A DNA stretch of 64,000 bases, taken from IMG/VR virus record IMGVR_UViG_3300044568_003085, one strand, 5' to 3'. Origin of the DNA: a virus (lineage: Duplodnaviria > Heunggongvirae > Uroviricota > Caudoviricetes). Each line of letters opens with the position of its first letter. Position 1 is the first letter of the stretch. Made by a program: the position numbers and the translations under genes. Below the pieces are notes generated by a model. The model made no database searches and was not told where the DNA came from. It saw nothing but the letters and a program-made list of their open reading frames with translations. Positions 1 through 13,000 of the stretch are shown here, in pieces.

Positions 1-1
1 T

Positions 2-1048
2 AATGAAGGATATGATACTGAAGAAGAAGCAGTTGCAGCAGCACAAATTGAAACTAATACTTCTGTTGAACCTGTTCATGTAGTACCTGAAACAACTCCA
101 GGTCAAGATTTAGCAGGATTATCTGATAGAGAATTACAACACAGACTTGAAGCAAACATTGAGGATTATGCTCTTGCTTCAGAAACCGATGGTACTCAAG
201 AAGATTTAGATGAATTACTTTCTGAAAGAAGTTTAATACTTGCTGCAATAAATAAAACTGCAATTGCAACACCTGCATCTAATGCACCAGAAATAGCACC
301 AATTGTTTCAACACCAGAAGTTGTTACTGCAGTTGAACCAGTTACGCCAACAGTTACAATTATAACTGGTGATGCAGAAGACATGGGTGGTCCTGATGAT
401 TCAGATCAAATCACTGCATATTTAAATGGTATTGGTAAATTTGTTGTTGAGTCAAACACAACTGAAGGATTTGATGTAAAAGACAGTGCTGATAATATTG
501 TTGAAACTGTATCTACTGAAGATGAAGCAATTAAAATTGCCACTAGTGCAATGCTGACTAGAGAAAATATTGATTTTGTTTATGACTTCATGAAAGAAGG
601 TGCTAAATTATTTAATATTTCTCAATCAACTTTGCAAAATCAAAACATGCAATCGCGTGGAGAACGCGCAATGAAATTGTATAATACTAAAAAAGGAACT
701 GAATTTAAAACTTTAAAAGAATTTTACAATACTATTGATGGTAAAAATAGTTTAGATGGAATACGTGAGTCAGTTATTACAGGTAAAGCAATAAAATATA
801 AAAATAAAAAAATTACAATTGAAAAACCTGTTGAAGAAGTTCAAACAAATTTATTTGATGTAGTTAAAATACCTAATGTTTTATCTATTAATCTTGCATC
901 TTTAGAATTATTAAATTCAGAACTTGATGATTTTAAAACAAAAACAGAAGAAAGTTCAAAAGAAATTAGTAAATTTGTAAAGGAAGGTGCTGTTACAGAG
1001 TCTTCTATTATCGAACAATTAAAAGATGCAGTTGCTTGTTTCAAGTAA
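2..1048 (+). CDS. hypothetical protein, 5'-partial. The reading frame is open from the window edge; the annotated ATG at 383 is probably internal.
   Basis: Frame 2 is stop-free from nt 2 through 1048 (about 127 extra codons upstream of the ATG at 383 in AT-rich DNA). The N-part is acidic and Ala/Thr/Pro-rich with A/T-biased third positions. The antisense ORFs 54..278 and 196..384 overlap it and are likely spurious. Confidence 0.5.
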   Translation, partial: NEGYDTEEEAVAAAQIETNTSVEPVHVVPETTPGQDLAGLSDRELQHRLEANIEDYALASETDGTQEDLDELLSERSLILAAINKTAIATPASNAPEIAPIVSTPEVVTAVEPVTPTVTIITGDAEDMGGPDDSDQITAYLNGIGKFVVESNTTEGFDVKDSADNIVETVSTEDEAIKIATSAMLTRENIDFVYDFMKEGAKLFNISQSTLQNQNMQSRGERAMKLYNTKKGTEFKTLKEFYNTIDGKNSLDGIRESVITGKAIKYKNKKITIEKPVEEVQTNLFDVVKIPNVLSINLASLELLNSELDDFKTKTEESSKEISKFVKEGAVTESSIIEQLKDAVACFK

Positions 1049-1065
1049 TTTAAAAAATCATTCTT

Positions 1066-4000
1066 ATGGCAAAATGTGAATTATCAACTGATAAATATAT
1101 TTCAGTTGTAAAAAATTTAATTAAACTTAACCCTAGTGAATATAGAAACTTTGATAAAACTGCAGAGTTTATTTTAAAAAGTGGTCTTTCTAATTATGAA
1201 AAATCACTTTCTTTATATTCTATTGCTGAGATATATATTGGTTTACATGGTTTAGATAAACGTTTTTATGAGTTAGGTAAAGCAGATAGGATTGCTGATG
1301 CAAGAGTTTTATTAGATGACACTGATCAGTTTATATCTTCAGTATCTGAATTGTATTCTGTTAAAAAAGCTCCAACTGCAAAAATTGAAACTATTGAAAG
1401 AATGATTAATGATTTGTCAAAAAAGACAGTTGTTACTCGTAAAGATTTAACAAGTTCAAACGGTATATTAAATGCTATTAAAAATTATTTTAATACAATT
1501 GAATTTGAAGATGAAACAATAAGAGAAGGATACATTGATAATGTTAATCATCAATTAAAATCTATGTTACGTGAGTTAAACACATCTGACTCACATAAAG
1601 ATTTGTTATTAAAAGCTGTTGATACAACTATAAGTGCTTTAAAAAAGACTTCACAATTTATTTCATTACGTGACATTGCATCACTTGCAGAATTAAATAA
1701 TGAACTGGTTACTCTTGTCAATGGTCAAATGATTGAAGCAATACCTAGACCTGATGGATTATACGTATATGATCAAATGGGTAATGAACAAAAAATTAAT
1801 GAAAAAGACATTGTTGCAAGAAAAGATGCACGTAATGATGATTATTCTAATAGCAATACTGGTAAGCAAGAATTTTTTGAAGATACAATATTATCTAATT
1901 TTAAAATCAAACCTCTTGAAAATGAGGTATTTAAAAAAGAACAGATAATAACAAAACTTAAAAAAATGGGTGATGCTGTTACTGCTGGTATAAAGATTCA
2001 TGCAGTTAAGATTAGTACAGTAGGTGATGATAGATTAAAAAGAATACATGATGTAGCAGTTGATCCAAAATATAAAGGATTAGCAAATAGAACTTATGAA
2101 ACATTTGAAAATGATACACAAGTTGAATATTTAAAATCTACATCTAAAGGTACAGTTATTACCGTAGCAAGACCAAAACAATCTGAAAATCAATATGTAC
2201 TTGTAGGTGAGATAATTGGTTCTGGTGAAAAGTTTTACTTGTATCCATTAGACAATTATGTATTTTTAAATAGTGATAACACAACACAAAAAATAGATTT
2301 TTCAAATCCAGTTCATCTTGAAATGGTTAAGGAACATTCTATTAAAAGAACAGCTGAAGGAGTTACTGATTTGACTCAAAATGATTTAGAAACATTAAAA
2401 AATACATACAGTTTGCATAACATGTTTAAAGCAAACATGACTGATTTTTTATCAACTAAATTTAATGATGCAATATCTTCTGTTGATGTATCAGAACAAT
2501 TCTTTTTTCAATACAGTATCAATTCTCAAAAAGTTGGAAAAACAACTATACAAAATTTAGCAGATTTAATTGATACAGATAAATCATTATCAAGAAAATT
2601 AACTATAGTAACATTAGATACTTTTGGTAAAACTATAAAAGAAGAAGAAAGAAATCTTATTTTTATGTTTACTAAGTTTAATGATTATAAAGATGCTTCT
2701 GGAAATTATAAACCAAAAGATCAACAAAATAAATTTCAATTAGTAAATTTATTAAACGGTAATGAAAGAATAAAAATAACAAATGCTGAAGGTGAAGAAG
2801 TAGATACTGTAACTCAACAAGCATATTTAGATAATCATTTTGATTCATCTATAAAAATGAATGATACTTACATTAAAGAAAAAATATTTAATGGCAAGTA
2901 TTATGAAAATCAAAATCATATTATTATTAGATTTAATAATAATAAAACATATGGTTACAAAATTGTTAAACCAATTTATGCATTAGAACAAACACAAGGT
3001 TTTGCTACATTTTTAAATACATTGTCTGATGTTTTACAAGCACCAGATAAATCTAGTCAATTAAGAAGTTTCAATTCAAGAGTATATAAATTTGCAGGTT
3101 TTACAGCTTCCAGTGGAAAAGTAGAACTATATGCAAACTTTGCAAATGATGCTAAAGGTAATTTACAAGTAGAAATTAGACCACCTTCAAACGCAAAAGC
3201 AGATAGTAAGTATGGATTTATTTTACAATCACAACCAAACAAAGGTGCATTTAATTTTTCACTTGCTGAAAATGAAAAAGATTTAATCAAAGACAATGCA
3301 AGAACTAAAGATTTAATATCTAAAGTTGTTGGTGAAAATATTATATTTTCTAATTTAGATTTAAATAAATTAAAAGATGTAACTAGATTTTACTCTTTAC
3401 TTAATAAACTTTCAAAAGATAGTAATCCTTCTGAGAATGTACTTAACTTAATTGAAGCAATAGAAACTCAACAAAATAATTTTTCTAAAATACTAAATGA
3501 AAAAGTAATTGAAAAGTTATTAAAAGTTGGTGAATTCTTTCCTGGATTTTTAGATAACTTTAATAAAGATTATCCAAATCCAAAACACTTAATACTTGAT
3601 ATAAAAGCAAATGGCAAAGAAGTACCACGTGTTATTTTTGCAGACAAAAATGAATCTCAAGCAAAAAAAGATTTTATTGCAAGTGCAAGTAGTTTAGAAT
3701 TACATGACATACCACAAAAGAAATTGGTTATTACTTCTAAATCTCCTGTTAGTACAGTTACAAAAATTGCTAATGTTCCATTAACTGAAGTTACAGAGCA
3801 CCCTATAGAAAATATACCAGTATCTAAACCTACTTTGTTTGAACAAATGTTTGGTAATGAAGTTACTGAAGAAACTACTACTAAAGAAGAAATAGATTTG
3901 TCAGATGATATTCCTGAAATAGATTTATTTTCAATATCTAATAGTGAAGTTCAAACAGAAACAGAAGCGCAAAGAGAAAATTCAATTCAATGGTTACAAA

Positions 4001-7000
4001 ATAGTTTACCACAATTTGACATTAGTCAAGAAGAATTATCAACAGTAGTTGACTTATCTAAAATTGATGGCAATGTACTTGGTATGTTTAAAGACAGAGT
4101 AATTCATTTAAATAATGAAATACTTTCTAAAGGAGTTGTGTATCATGAATCATTTCATGGTGTATTTCGTTACCTAATGACACCAGAGCAACGATCTAAA
4201 TTAATTGAACAGGTAACTTCAAATGTAAAAAATAAGAAGTTATTTACACCTTCTGCATTAAAAGCATTTGCAAGTGAAAGAAACTATATTTATGATTATG
4301 AAAAAATGATGAATTTACAAGCAGAAGAAATTCTTGCTGATGGTTTTCAAAATTACATGATTAAAAATACTAAACCTAAAGGTTTACTTGAACAACTATT
4401 TTCATTACTAAAAAAATTAATTGACATGTTTATTAAACGTGGCGATGTAATTGATGGTACATATAAAGATATAAAAAGAGGTTACTATTCAACAGCGCAA
4501 ATTCAATCAGGTATGTATGATGGACAAGCTGCTTATGCATTAATTCCTGGATTAAAAACCATTGTTAAAAATAATAAAAATGCATCTGGTGTAAGTCAAA
4601 AACAATCATCATTACAAAAAGCTGATCAAAATCAATTAGTATATATGGTATCAAAATATATTATTGAAGATACTTCAGGTAAAACTTTTGATGAAAAATT
4701 TGAAACATCAAGACAATTGATTTTAAACAATGTATATAATTTAGACAGAATTATTGAAAAAAATCCTGAGTATACAAGAGAAGAAGTTGTTAAAGCATAT
4801 GGTGATTTGTATTCAAACTATAGATTTATGCTTGGTGCAAGAGCATTAGGTGAAACTATTAATGATGTAAATAATTCTGGTAATGATAAATTTAACAAAA
4901 GAACATTACCAAATAAAATTAAACAATATAAAGATAAGTCACTTGATAATGACTTAGGTCAAGTATCACTTGATGTACTTAAAAAACTTGTTAAAGAAAA
5001 AACAAGAGAGTTATATTCAATGTTGGATGGTGTAGGAAATGCGATAAGCAAAGATGTATTAGCAAAAGAATTATCTGGAGAAAATGAATTTAAATCTCAA
5101 CTAGACGAAGATGCAGAAGATAATGAAGAATTATCTGATGATGTAAATACTGAGGAAGAATTTGGTCAACATAATAGATTGGATTCTGCACCAAGACAAA
5201 TAAGAAGATTTCTTGCAATCATTGATTATGACAAGAAAGACTCTAAAACTGGTATGATTATTCCTCGTGTTATAGATGGCGAATCTCTTTATGGTACTTT
5301 ATTAAAAATTACTTCTGATATTTCTGTTGATAATATAATAAATCACATTAGAGTAATAGCAAATACATATAAAGAAGATGGTAATGTAGAAGCAGCTGGT
5401 GATTTACAAGCAGTATATGATAAACTTGCTTCGTATACATCTATGGATGAAAATGGTAATCCAGCAACTAACAAACAATTATATAATATGTTTAAAGATG
5501 TGCTACATGGTACTGAAACAAATTATATGATTATGTATGCTACTTTAAAAACAGGTATTTTTGAAGAAGAAGGAAATAATATTTCTAGTTTTACCATGTC
5601 AGATAGAGTAATGCAAGCTGATATAGTAAATAGAAGACGTAACTTAGTGTCTTCTATGATTACAACTCATGCAAAAAAACGTACTGATCCAGAATATATT
5701 CAATCAGTAAAAAATCTTATTGCAATTTCTGATAAAATTATTAATGAAAAAATATTAATGGGTAGTAGTAAAGAAGCAAATACTACTTTAGAAACTTATA
5801 CATTTGATTTGTACAATGCATTTAATGCAGTTGGTATTAGTTTACCAAAGTCATTAATTAGAATGTCTTTACTTGCTATTGATAAAATTGATAATAACAA
5901 CAATGCATTAACTCAAGTAAATAAAAATACACTTGAACATTATGATACAAATAAATCTTTAATATTAGAAAGTGCTTATTTACAAAAAGATTACTTTAGA
6001 GATATTAAAGCAATTTACAAAAATGTAATAGATGAATCAATAACATCTAATGCGTTTGGAAAAATGCTTGATGATAAAAATGATAATTTAAATAGATTTT
6101 TTAGTGTAACAAATAAATTTGCAAAATACATTATTAAATATGATGCAACAGATTTACCAAGTGTATTTAGAAATGCTGCAGGTAAACCTGTATATCGATA
6201 TACTAAGTATACACCATTACATACTATTTCACAATCTATAAGACAAGAAGGATTACTAGACACATTAAAAAAAGATCCATACTACAATGATTTCTTAGAA
6301 GATTTTTATTCTGACAATCCATTGTTTAATGACTTACTAAAAGGTGATAATACTAAAAAATCAAAAGTAGCTAAATTATTAATGGACAATATGAATATAT
6401 CATTATTTGGTGGTATTGCTCAGTTTAATAATAAAACTTATAAAGATGGTAAAACTTTTGGTAAATTAGATGATCAATCACTTCATATTATGAGTATCTT
6501 ATCTTTCTTACAAAGAAGTAATATATCATCATATGAAACTGTAATAGATGAAGATGGTAACGTAACAACTCCAAAAACTACTATACAAACTTATGCACGT
6601 TCATTTGACACATTAGAAGCATCACAAACAAACTTTTTAATTACAGCATTATATCAACAATATGCTGATACTAAAGGTGTTACAAAAAATAAAAATAATC
6701 ATCTTAAAATTGTTGATGATCTTGAAGCAAAAGTAAAACAAGAGTTTAACAGAATTAAAAAAGAATGGAATAGAAGAAGTGAAAATAAAACTAATTTTGA
6801 TTCTGGTACTTCTAACTTACTTGTAAATAAATATAATGGTGTATTAGACAGTGTTGATAAAACAAAAGCAAATGTTGAACAAGAAAATTTAAGAGCATAT
6901 AATTTTAATGTGTTTCCGTATTTTTTCAGTGCACCAGAAAATGAATTATTTACAAACAATTTAACTCAATTAGCAAAAGATAATACAGTTCAATTTGAAG

Positions 7001-10000
7001 ATCTTGATGAAAGTACTTTGTCAGAATTACGTGATGGTTTAAATACTTTTGCACAAAAAGAATTAACTATGTATATAGATGAGTTAAAAAATCTTGGAGT
7101 AGTAAAAGAAAATGAAGAAACTGTAAAAGCAATTAAAAAAAATACTACTACTGGTGAAATTATACTAGAAGATGGTATGCCTATTATAACAGAAACTAGA
7201 CAACCTAATATTAAATATTTAACATCTAATTTAATTGCAGATACATTAAAAATAGATTTTAATAAACCAGTTAGTCTTTTAGATGTATATTCAAAAACAA
7301 AAGAAAATTATGATATTAGAGGTGAAAAAGTACAACAAGGAAATTTAGAAGGATTACTTGCAGATCACTTTTTTAATAACTGGTATAACTCATTAAATGT
7401 TAATGAAATATTTACAGGTGATAGAGCATTAAATGTAAAAGATGGTATTGATGCTACTAAACGTAATAAAAAATTCCTTGCTTCTGGTAGCACAATGAAA
7501 GAAGGATTCCATAGAGTTGCGTATTTAAATACAATTGAAGGGTATGTAAATAATAAATATCCTGAATATGGTCCATATTATTCTGCAGTAGAAGTTTTAA
7601 ATGATTTTAAAATAACTGATCCTTCTATAAAGAAATACATATATGAAAATTATAGAGTAGATAAAAATGATGTATATGAAATATTTGATGGACAAAGTAT
7701 TTCATCATTGTTTCATCAAGCAGATATGAATGATTCTTTAGGAAGAGTAACTCCTGAAATTTTAAATTCAATTATTGCAAAACATTACCGTGAACTTACT
7801 GAAGAAGAAGTACGCGAAATGGAAAAAAACAAAATTGTAAATAATCCAAAGAAAACAGTTACTGCTTCTCGTAATATTTATCATAAACAATCAGAAACAT
7901 ATATTGATAGAAATAGTGTTAGTAGATTAATTATACCAGAAGGTTCAACAAAAGAACAAGCATATAGTCGTTTACATTTTTATTATACTGATATATATTC
8001 TTCCAGAAAACAAATTCAAGAATATGATAAAATTAATAAAGAAACAAAATCAAATGAATTAGATACAGCAATTGCTGATTTAGAAAAAGACATTCAAGAT
8101 ACATATACTATTATTCATAAATTTTATGAACCATTACCGCATAGAGTAAAATTACATAATATTTTGAACTCGATGGAGTATCATAATATTGATCAATTAA
8201 TGGATACATCTGCATCTAAAAATGCAACAAAACTTCCTGTTGATTATTTTGCAAATGCAAATTTAAATGAATATTTACCATTAAATTTATCATCATTAAA
8301 TGTAAACAATGAAGATAAGTATCTTCAAGTGGAAACTTCTGGTGTACATGATACTGCTAGATTCTCTGTACAAGGTAAAATATTAATTGCTGCAGATTTA
8401 CAATATGTAGAACAACTTGCTAATAAAAGACATGAGGAAGAAGGTACAATTATGTCATCTACTGAAAGAAAAGCAATGAATGATATTGGTAATGTGCTAG
8501 TAAAATATCAAGAAACATTGTTTGATATTGCAGATTCCAATTTGCAATCTCTAAAACACTTTTTAAGAAAAGATAAAAACTTTGAGTTAGGAAAAATATT
8601 TAATTTAATTAGAGAAAATCTTGAGTCACAAAATGCTCCTGCTTCTATGTTAAAGTTATTTGATGTTGATAATTCTGGTAAACCAGTTCACAATGCTAAC
8701 TTACCTGGAATAAGAAGTATGCTTGAGTATTATTTCTTTTCATTATATAGCAAACATGTAACAGATGAAAGAGGTTCTGGATTTAAAAATATTCACGTGT
8801 CATCATTTGGATACAACGTATTAGAAAATGAAGATGGTACTATTGTAACAACTGAAGAATATCAAAATAATCCAAGTGCATATCCTAATGTAAAAGATAG
8901 ACCACTTACTGTTAGTATTGAAAATATATATAATGATGCAGGTGAAATAATTAATAAAAGATATCTAGTTGAATGTATTTTACCAAAACAATTTTTTAAA
9001 AATAAACAGCAAGAACAATTCTTTTTAGATAATCTTACAGAAATGTTTGCTCTTCGTATTCCTACTGAAGATAAACGTTCTATGATTGCTTTAAAAGTAG
9101 TTGACTATGTTGATAGTTCTAATTTAAATACAATCATAGTACCACAGTTTATTCATTTACTTGCTGGTTCTGATTTTGATATTGATTCATTATATGGTCA
9201 AACATATGCACATTATGTAAATGTTATTGGTAACTATAATAAATTTGGTGAATATGATACATACGCATCTGCTAACCAAGGAAAGTTTATTGAGTTTTTA
9301 CAATACAAAATGGAAGATGAAGATTATAAATCTTTAGTAAAAGCAAAAAGAACTGCAATAATAAATTCAAAAGCATTTGATCCAAGTGCAAATACACTTG
9401 AAGTAATGTATGGATTTGGATTTAATCAAGCAGATTATTTATATTGTGTAAGTCAAAATTATTTTCAAAATATAAATTCTGATGATGATGTTTTATCTGA
9501 AGAAATTGATCAATTGAAAAAAGACAAAGAAGTATCTAGATTAGCTTTTGTTCAAGCAAAAGAAGATAACGATAATAATCCATCTGATTATACTGCAGAA
9601 AACAATAGAAGAATATTTGGTAAACAACACGCAGATATAAAAGTTAATTTACAAGAAAAATTCTGGTTACAAAAATTTGTTAAAGGTGCTTTACGTATTG
9701 AAGCTGCATTACAAGTATTTGAAAAATATGGATTACCTGTTGATCAAAAAAACTTTGATAAAAATATTGTAAATCATTTGTCAGTACTACCAATACATCA
9801 GAACAAAAACTTACAAGCAAAAATAGATATATTATCTAATGAAGCAGTATTTAAGAATTTGTATATACATGAAAGATCATCTGTTGAAGCATTTGAAAAT
9901 ATTAGTACTGAGTATGGTATAGATTTAAATAACTTTGGAACTAAATCAGATCCAAATACTATTACATCATTAGTTAAATCAAAATCATTAGGTTCATCTT

Positions 10001-13000
10001 ACAAAGATGGTATTGGTATTACAGCATCTCTTCAAAAGTTTTTAGCACTTGCTAGTCAATATGGATTAGAATTAAATAATGAAAACATTATTTGGAAATA
10101 TAAAAGTAATAAAACTGATTCTTTAGGTAATCAAAAAACTGTTGACAATTTGTTTTCAAAATTTGGTTCAATCAATGTAGATGGTGAACGTGTAATTGCA
10201 ATTAATGGTAATATTCTTGGAATGTTTGCTGATGGTATGAAAAAACCTATACCAGCGGCATTACAAATGAATGAAGTAAATGCTGGTATTACTCTTGCAA
10301 TGATTGGTGTAGGATTAGATCCTGCATTTGCATTTGGATTTAACTTTATACCAGAAATAAAACAAGCAGTAAATAATATTCAAGCATCTCGTTTTGCAAT
10401 TAGTGAATCTACATCAAGTGAATATAAGTTTTTAAATAATGAAATAACTAATACCATGAAATCTTTTGTTGAAGACAACGGTGGTAGAATGTTACTTAAA
10501 GAGTTAGTTGATGCAAATTTAATTACTCCAGAATCTAATGTATTTAAAGTTGTTATTAATAAAGAAAATTTATTAATTGATTTCAAAGCAAAAAAACTTG
10601 ATGAATATAGATTAGAAAATAATTTATTGACTGTCAATGACATAGGATATGAAGTTACATCTCTTGTTGGAGATGTTGAGACTAGTTTATCTAGTGAAGC
10701 TCAAAAACTTATATTATTACAATTATATAAAGAACAATCACAACAAGCATGGAGTTTAAGAAATGCTGGTTCTATAGTTGATTTGTATAAAAAACTTAAT
10801 CCTTCATTAGTATCTTTTGACAAGTTAATGAAAAACATTAATGAACTTAGAGATGGTAATTCGATATTTACTGTTGAATCAACTGATAAATTGTTTAGAG
10901 ATAAACAAGTATGGGTTCCATTAAAAAGTGCTATTGATGATTTAAATGAACAATCAGTAATATTTTTAGAAAGAACATCATTTTTTAGACCTATTGCAAA
11001 TACATTTGGTACAGTATTTACAGATCCATCTAACATTGCTAAAACTATTACAAGTTTTATTGGTATTCGTAAGTATCAAATGAACCAACATAAAAATCAT
11101 GAAGGTACAGATCCTGTAGCACAAGCAAATTTTGATTTAGATAACGCACTTCTTAAAGAAGTATTTACTGCAGATTATTGGTTCAATAACAAGTTAGAAG
11201 AAAAACTTGATGTAATGAAAATTAAATATCCAGATAATAAGTTTTTACAATTTCTTAAACCATCTAATAATACTGCTAATGCATTAAATGAAAATGGTAA
11301 ACCAATTGTAGAAAAAACTTTAGAAATGGTTAATAAAGCAAAAATATCTGGAAGTTTGGCAGATGATGTTGCTGATGATGCAAACAAATTATACATGGAT
11401 GAAAACTTGTTCATGAAAGAATTATTTTATCATGAACTTGCAAGAACAGCATTACAATATAAATCAGGTTCATTCTTACAATATTTACCATCTGAGTTAC
11501 AAATACCAATTTCAGAAAACATAACTGAATTTATTACAGAAATTGAAAATACTAAAGGTGATAAAAAAGAATTAATAAATGTTATTAGAGATTACATTAG
11601 CACAGATGATATTAAAACAAATGAAGATGTATATAATTTATTTGATGAATTATTTGTATTAATGGCGTATGGTGCATCTAAAGAAGTAGGTAATAAAAAA
11701 ATAAAACAAGTATCTAAAATATCATTTAGTCAAAAAGAAGGTTTTGAATCTGGGTTAATGAAAAAACTTAACTTTGGTACAAGTAAGTTAGATGAAAGAA
11801 TAGCTATTGCTAAAGAAGCAGTTGGAAATATACTTGGTATAAATATAATAAGCAAAGGAAATAGTTTTACTTTATCTGACAAACTTGGTACAGAACCATT
11901 AGAGGAATTTGTTATTAATATGAAAGGTGCTGATGCAATGCCAGAAATGTCTAAAGAAGCAGTGATAGAAATTGGTAACAAGTTAAATGTGTTTAAAGAT
12001 AAAGATGATAAGAATAAATACAAGTTTCCATTACTTTTAAAAATTAGTAACACTACTTATTTATTGCAAGGTATTGATGATGAAATAGATAATAAAAACT
12101 TTGGTAAATCTATTATCAATTCTATTGCAGGTGTTGGTGAATATAAAACTGTAGGTAATGCTGCAAAGTATATGGCTTTACCAAAAGAACTTACAAATGG
12201 TACATTAAATCCAATAGGATTTAGTACTGCAGAATCTAAAAGATATATTAATTTAATAAATAGAAAAATTAAATTACCTGTTGTAGAAGAATTTGATCTT
12301 GGAGAAGCAATGTCTGAAGGTTTAACTGCAGATATGTTTGAAGACTATTCTATTAAACCTGAAACTAAAACGTCTGGCATTTTAACTTTAGAAAAAGTTC
12401 TTAAAGAATACACAATAGAACAATTAAAACAAGGGGTTTCTTTAAAAAGTCTTCAAGAAAAAATTGAACAAAAAGATTTGGATACTATTCAAAAAGCGTA
12501 TAACTATTTAAAAGCTGAAGAAAAATTTAATACTATTAAATCTAATAATGAAAAAATTAATAGAGAACTTGAATCATTAAGACAAAAACTTACAGAAACA
12601 AATGAGACAACTGTGGGCAGTATTCTTACAATTTATAATGATGATAATGATTCTCAGTATAAAATTAAAGTTTTAGAAATTGATAGATATGCTGATTACG
12701 CAATTGTAAAAGGCAGAACAACTAAGAATAAAGAATACACTATTAGAATAGACAAATATGGTGATACAAAAACAGGTTCTGTAGATAATTTTATTTTTGA
12801 AGCTGTTAATCCTGATCAAAAAGAAGATATTAAAAATAGAATAAATAACTTAAAAGCATCATTAGAAACTTTAAAAAGTGATCCTGCTGACTATTATATT
12901 GATTATTTTGAAACAAGTGCTCTATCAAAATTAGATCTTGATATTCAAAATATTAATGTTACCTTTGATATGGTAAAACACTTTTATGACCAAAGTAGTA

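Noticed and set aside
54-384. Minus-strand ORFs 54..278 and 196..384
   Set aside because: Both lie antisense to a long open frame with coding-like bias (2..1048). They are low-complexity (Gln/Leu-rich or Ser/Thr/Val-rich) shadows.
4144-4158. Treating HESFH in the 4014-aa protein as a definite zinc-metallopeptidase active site
   Set aside because: HExxH is expected by chance about 0.1 times in a 4000-residue protein. The flanking sequence does not fit the metzincin HExxHxxGxxH spacing, and a gluzincin downstream Glu is only loosely placed. It is retained as a hypothesis and not annotated as a feature.
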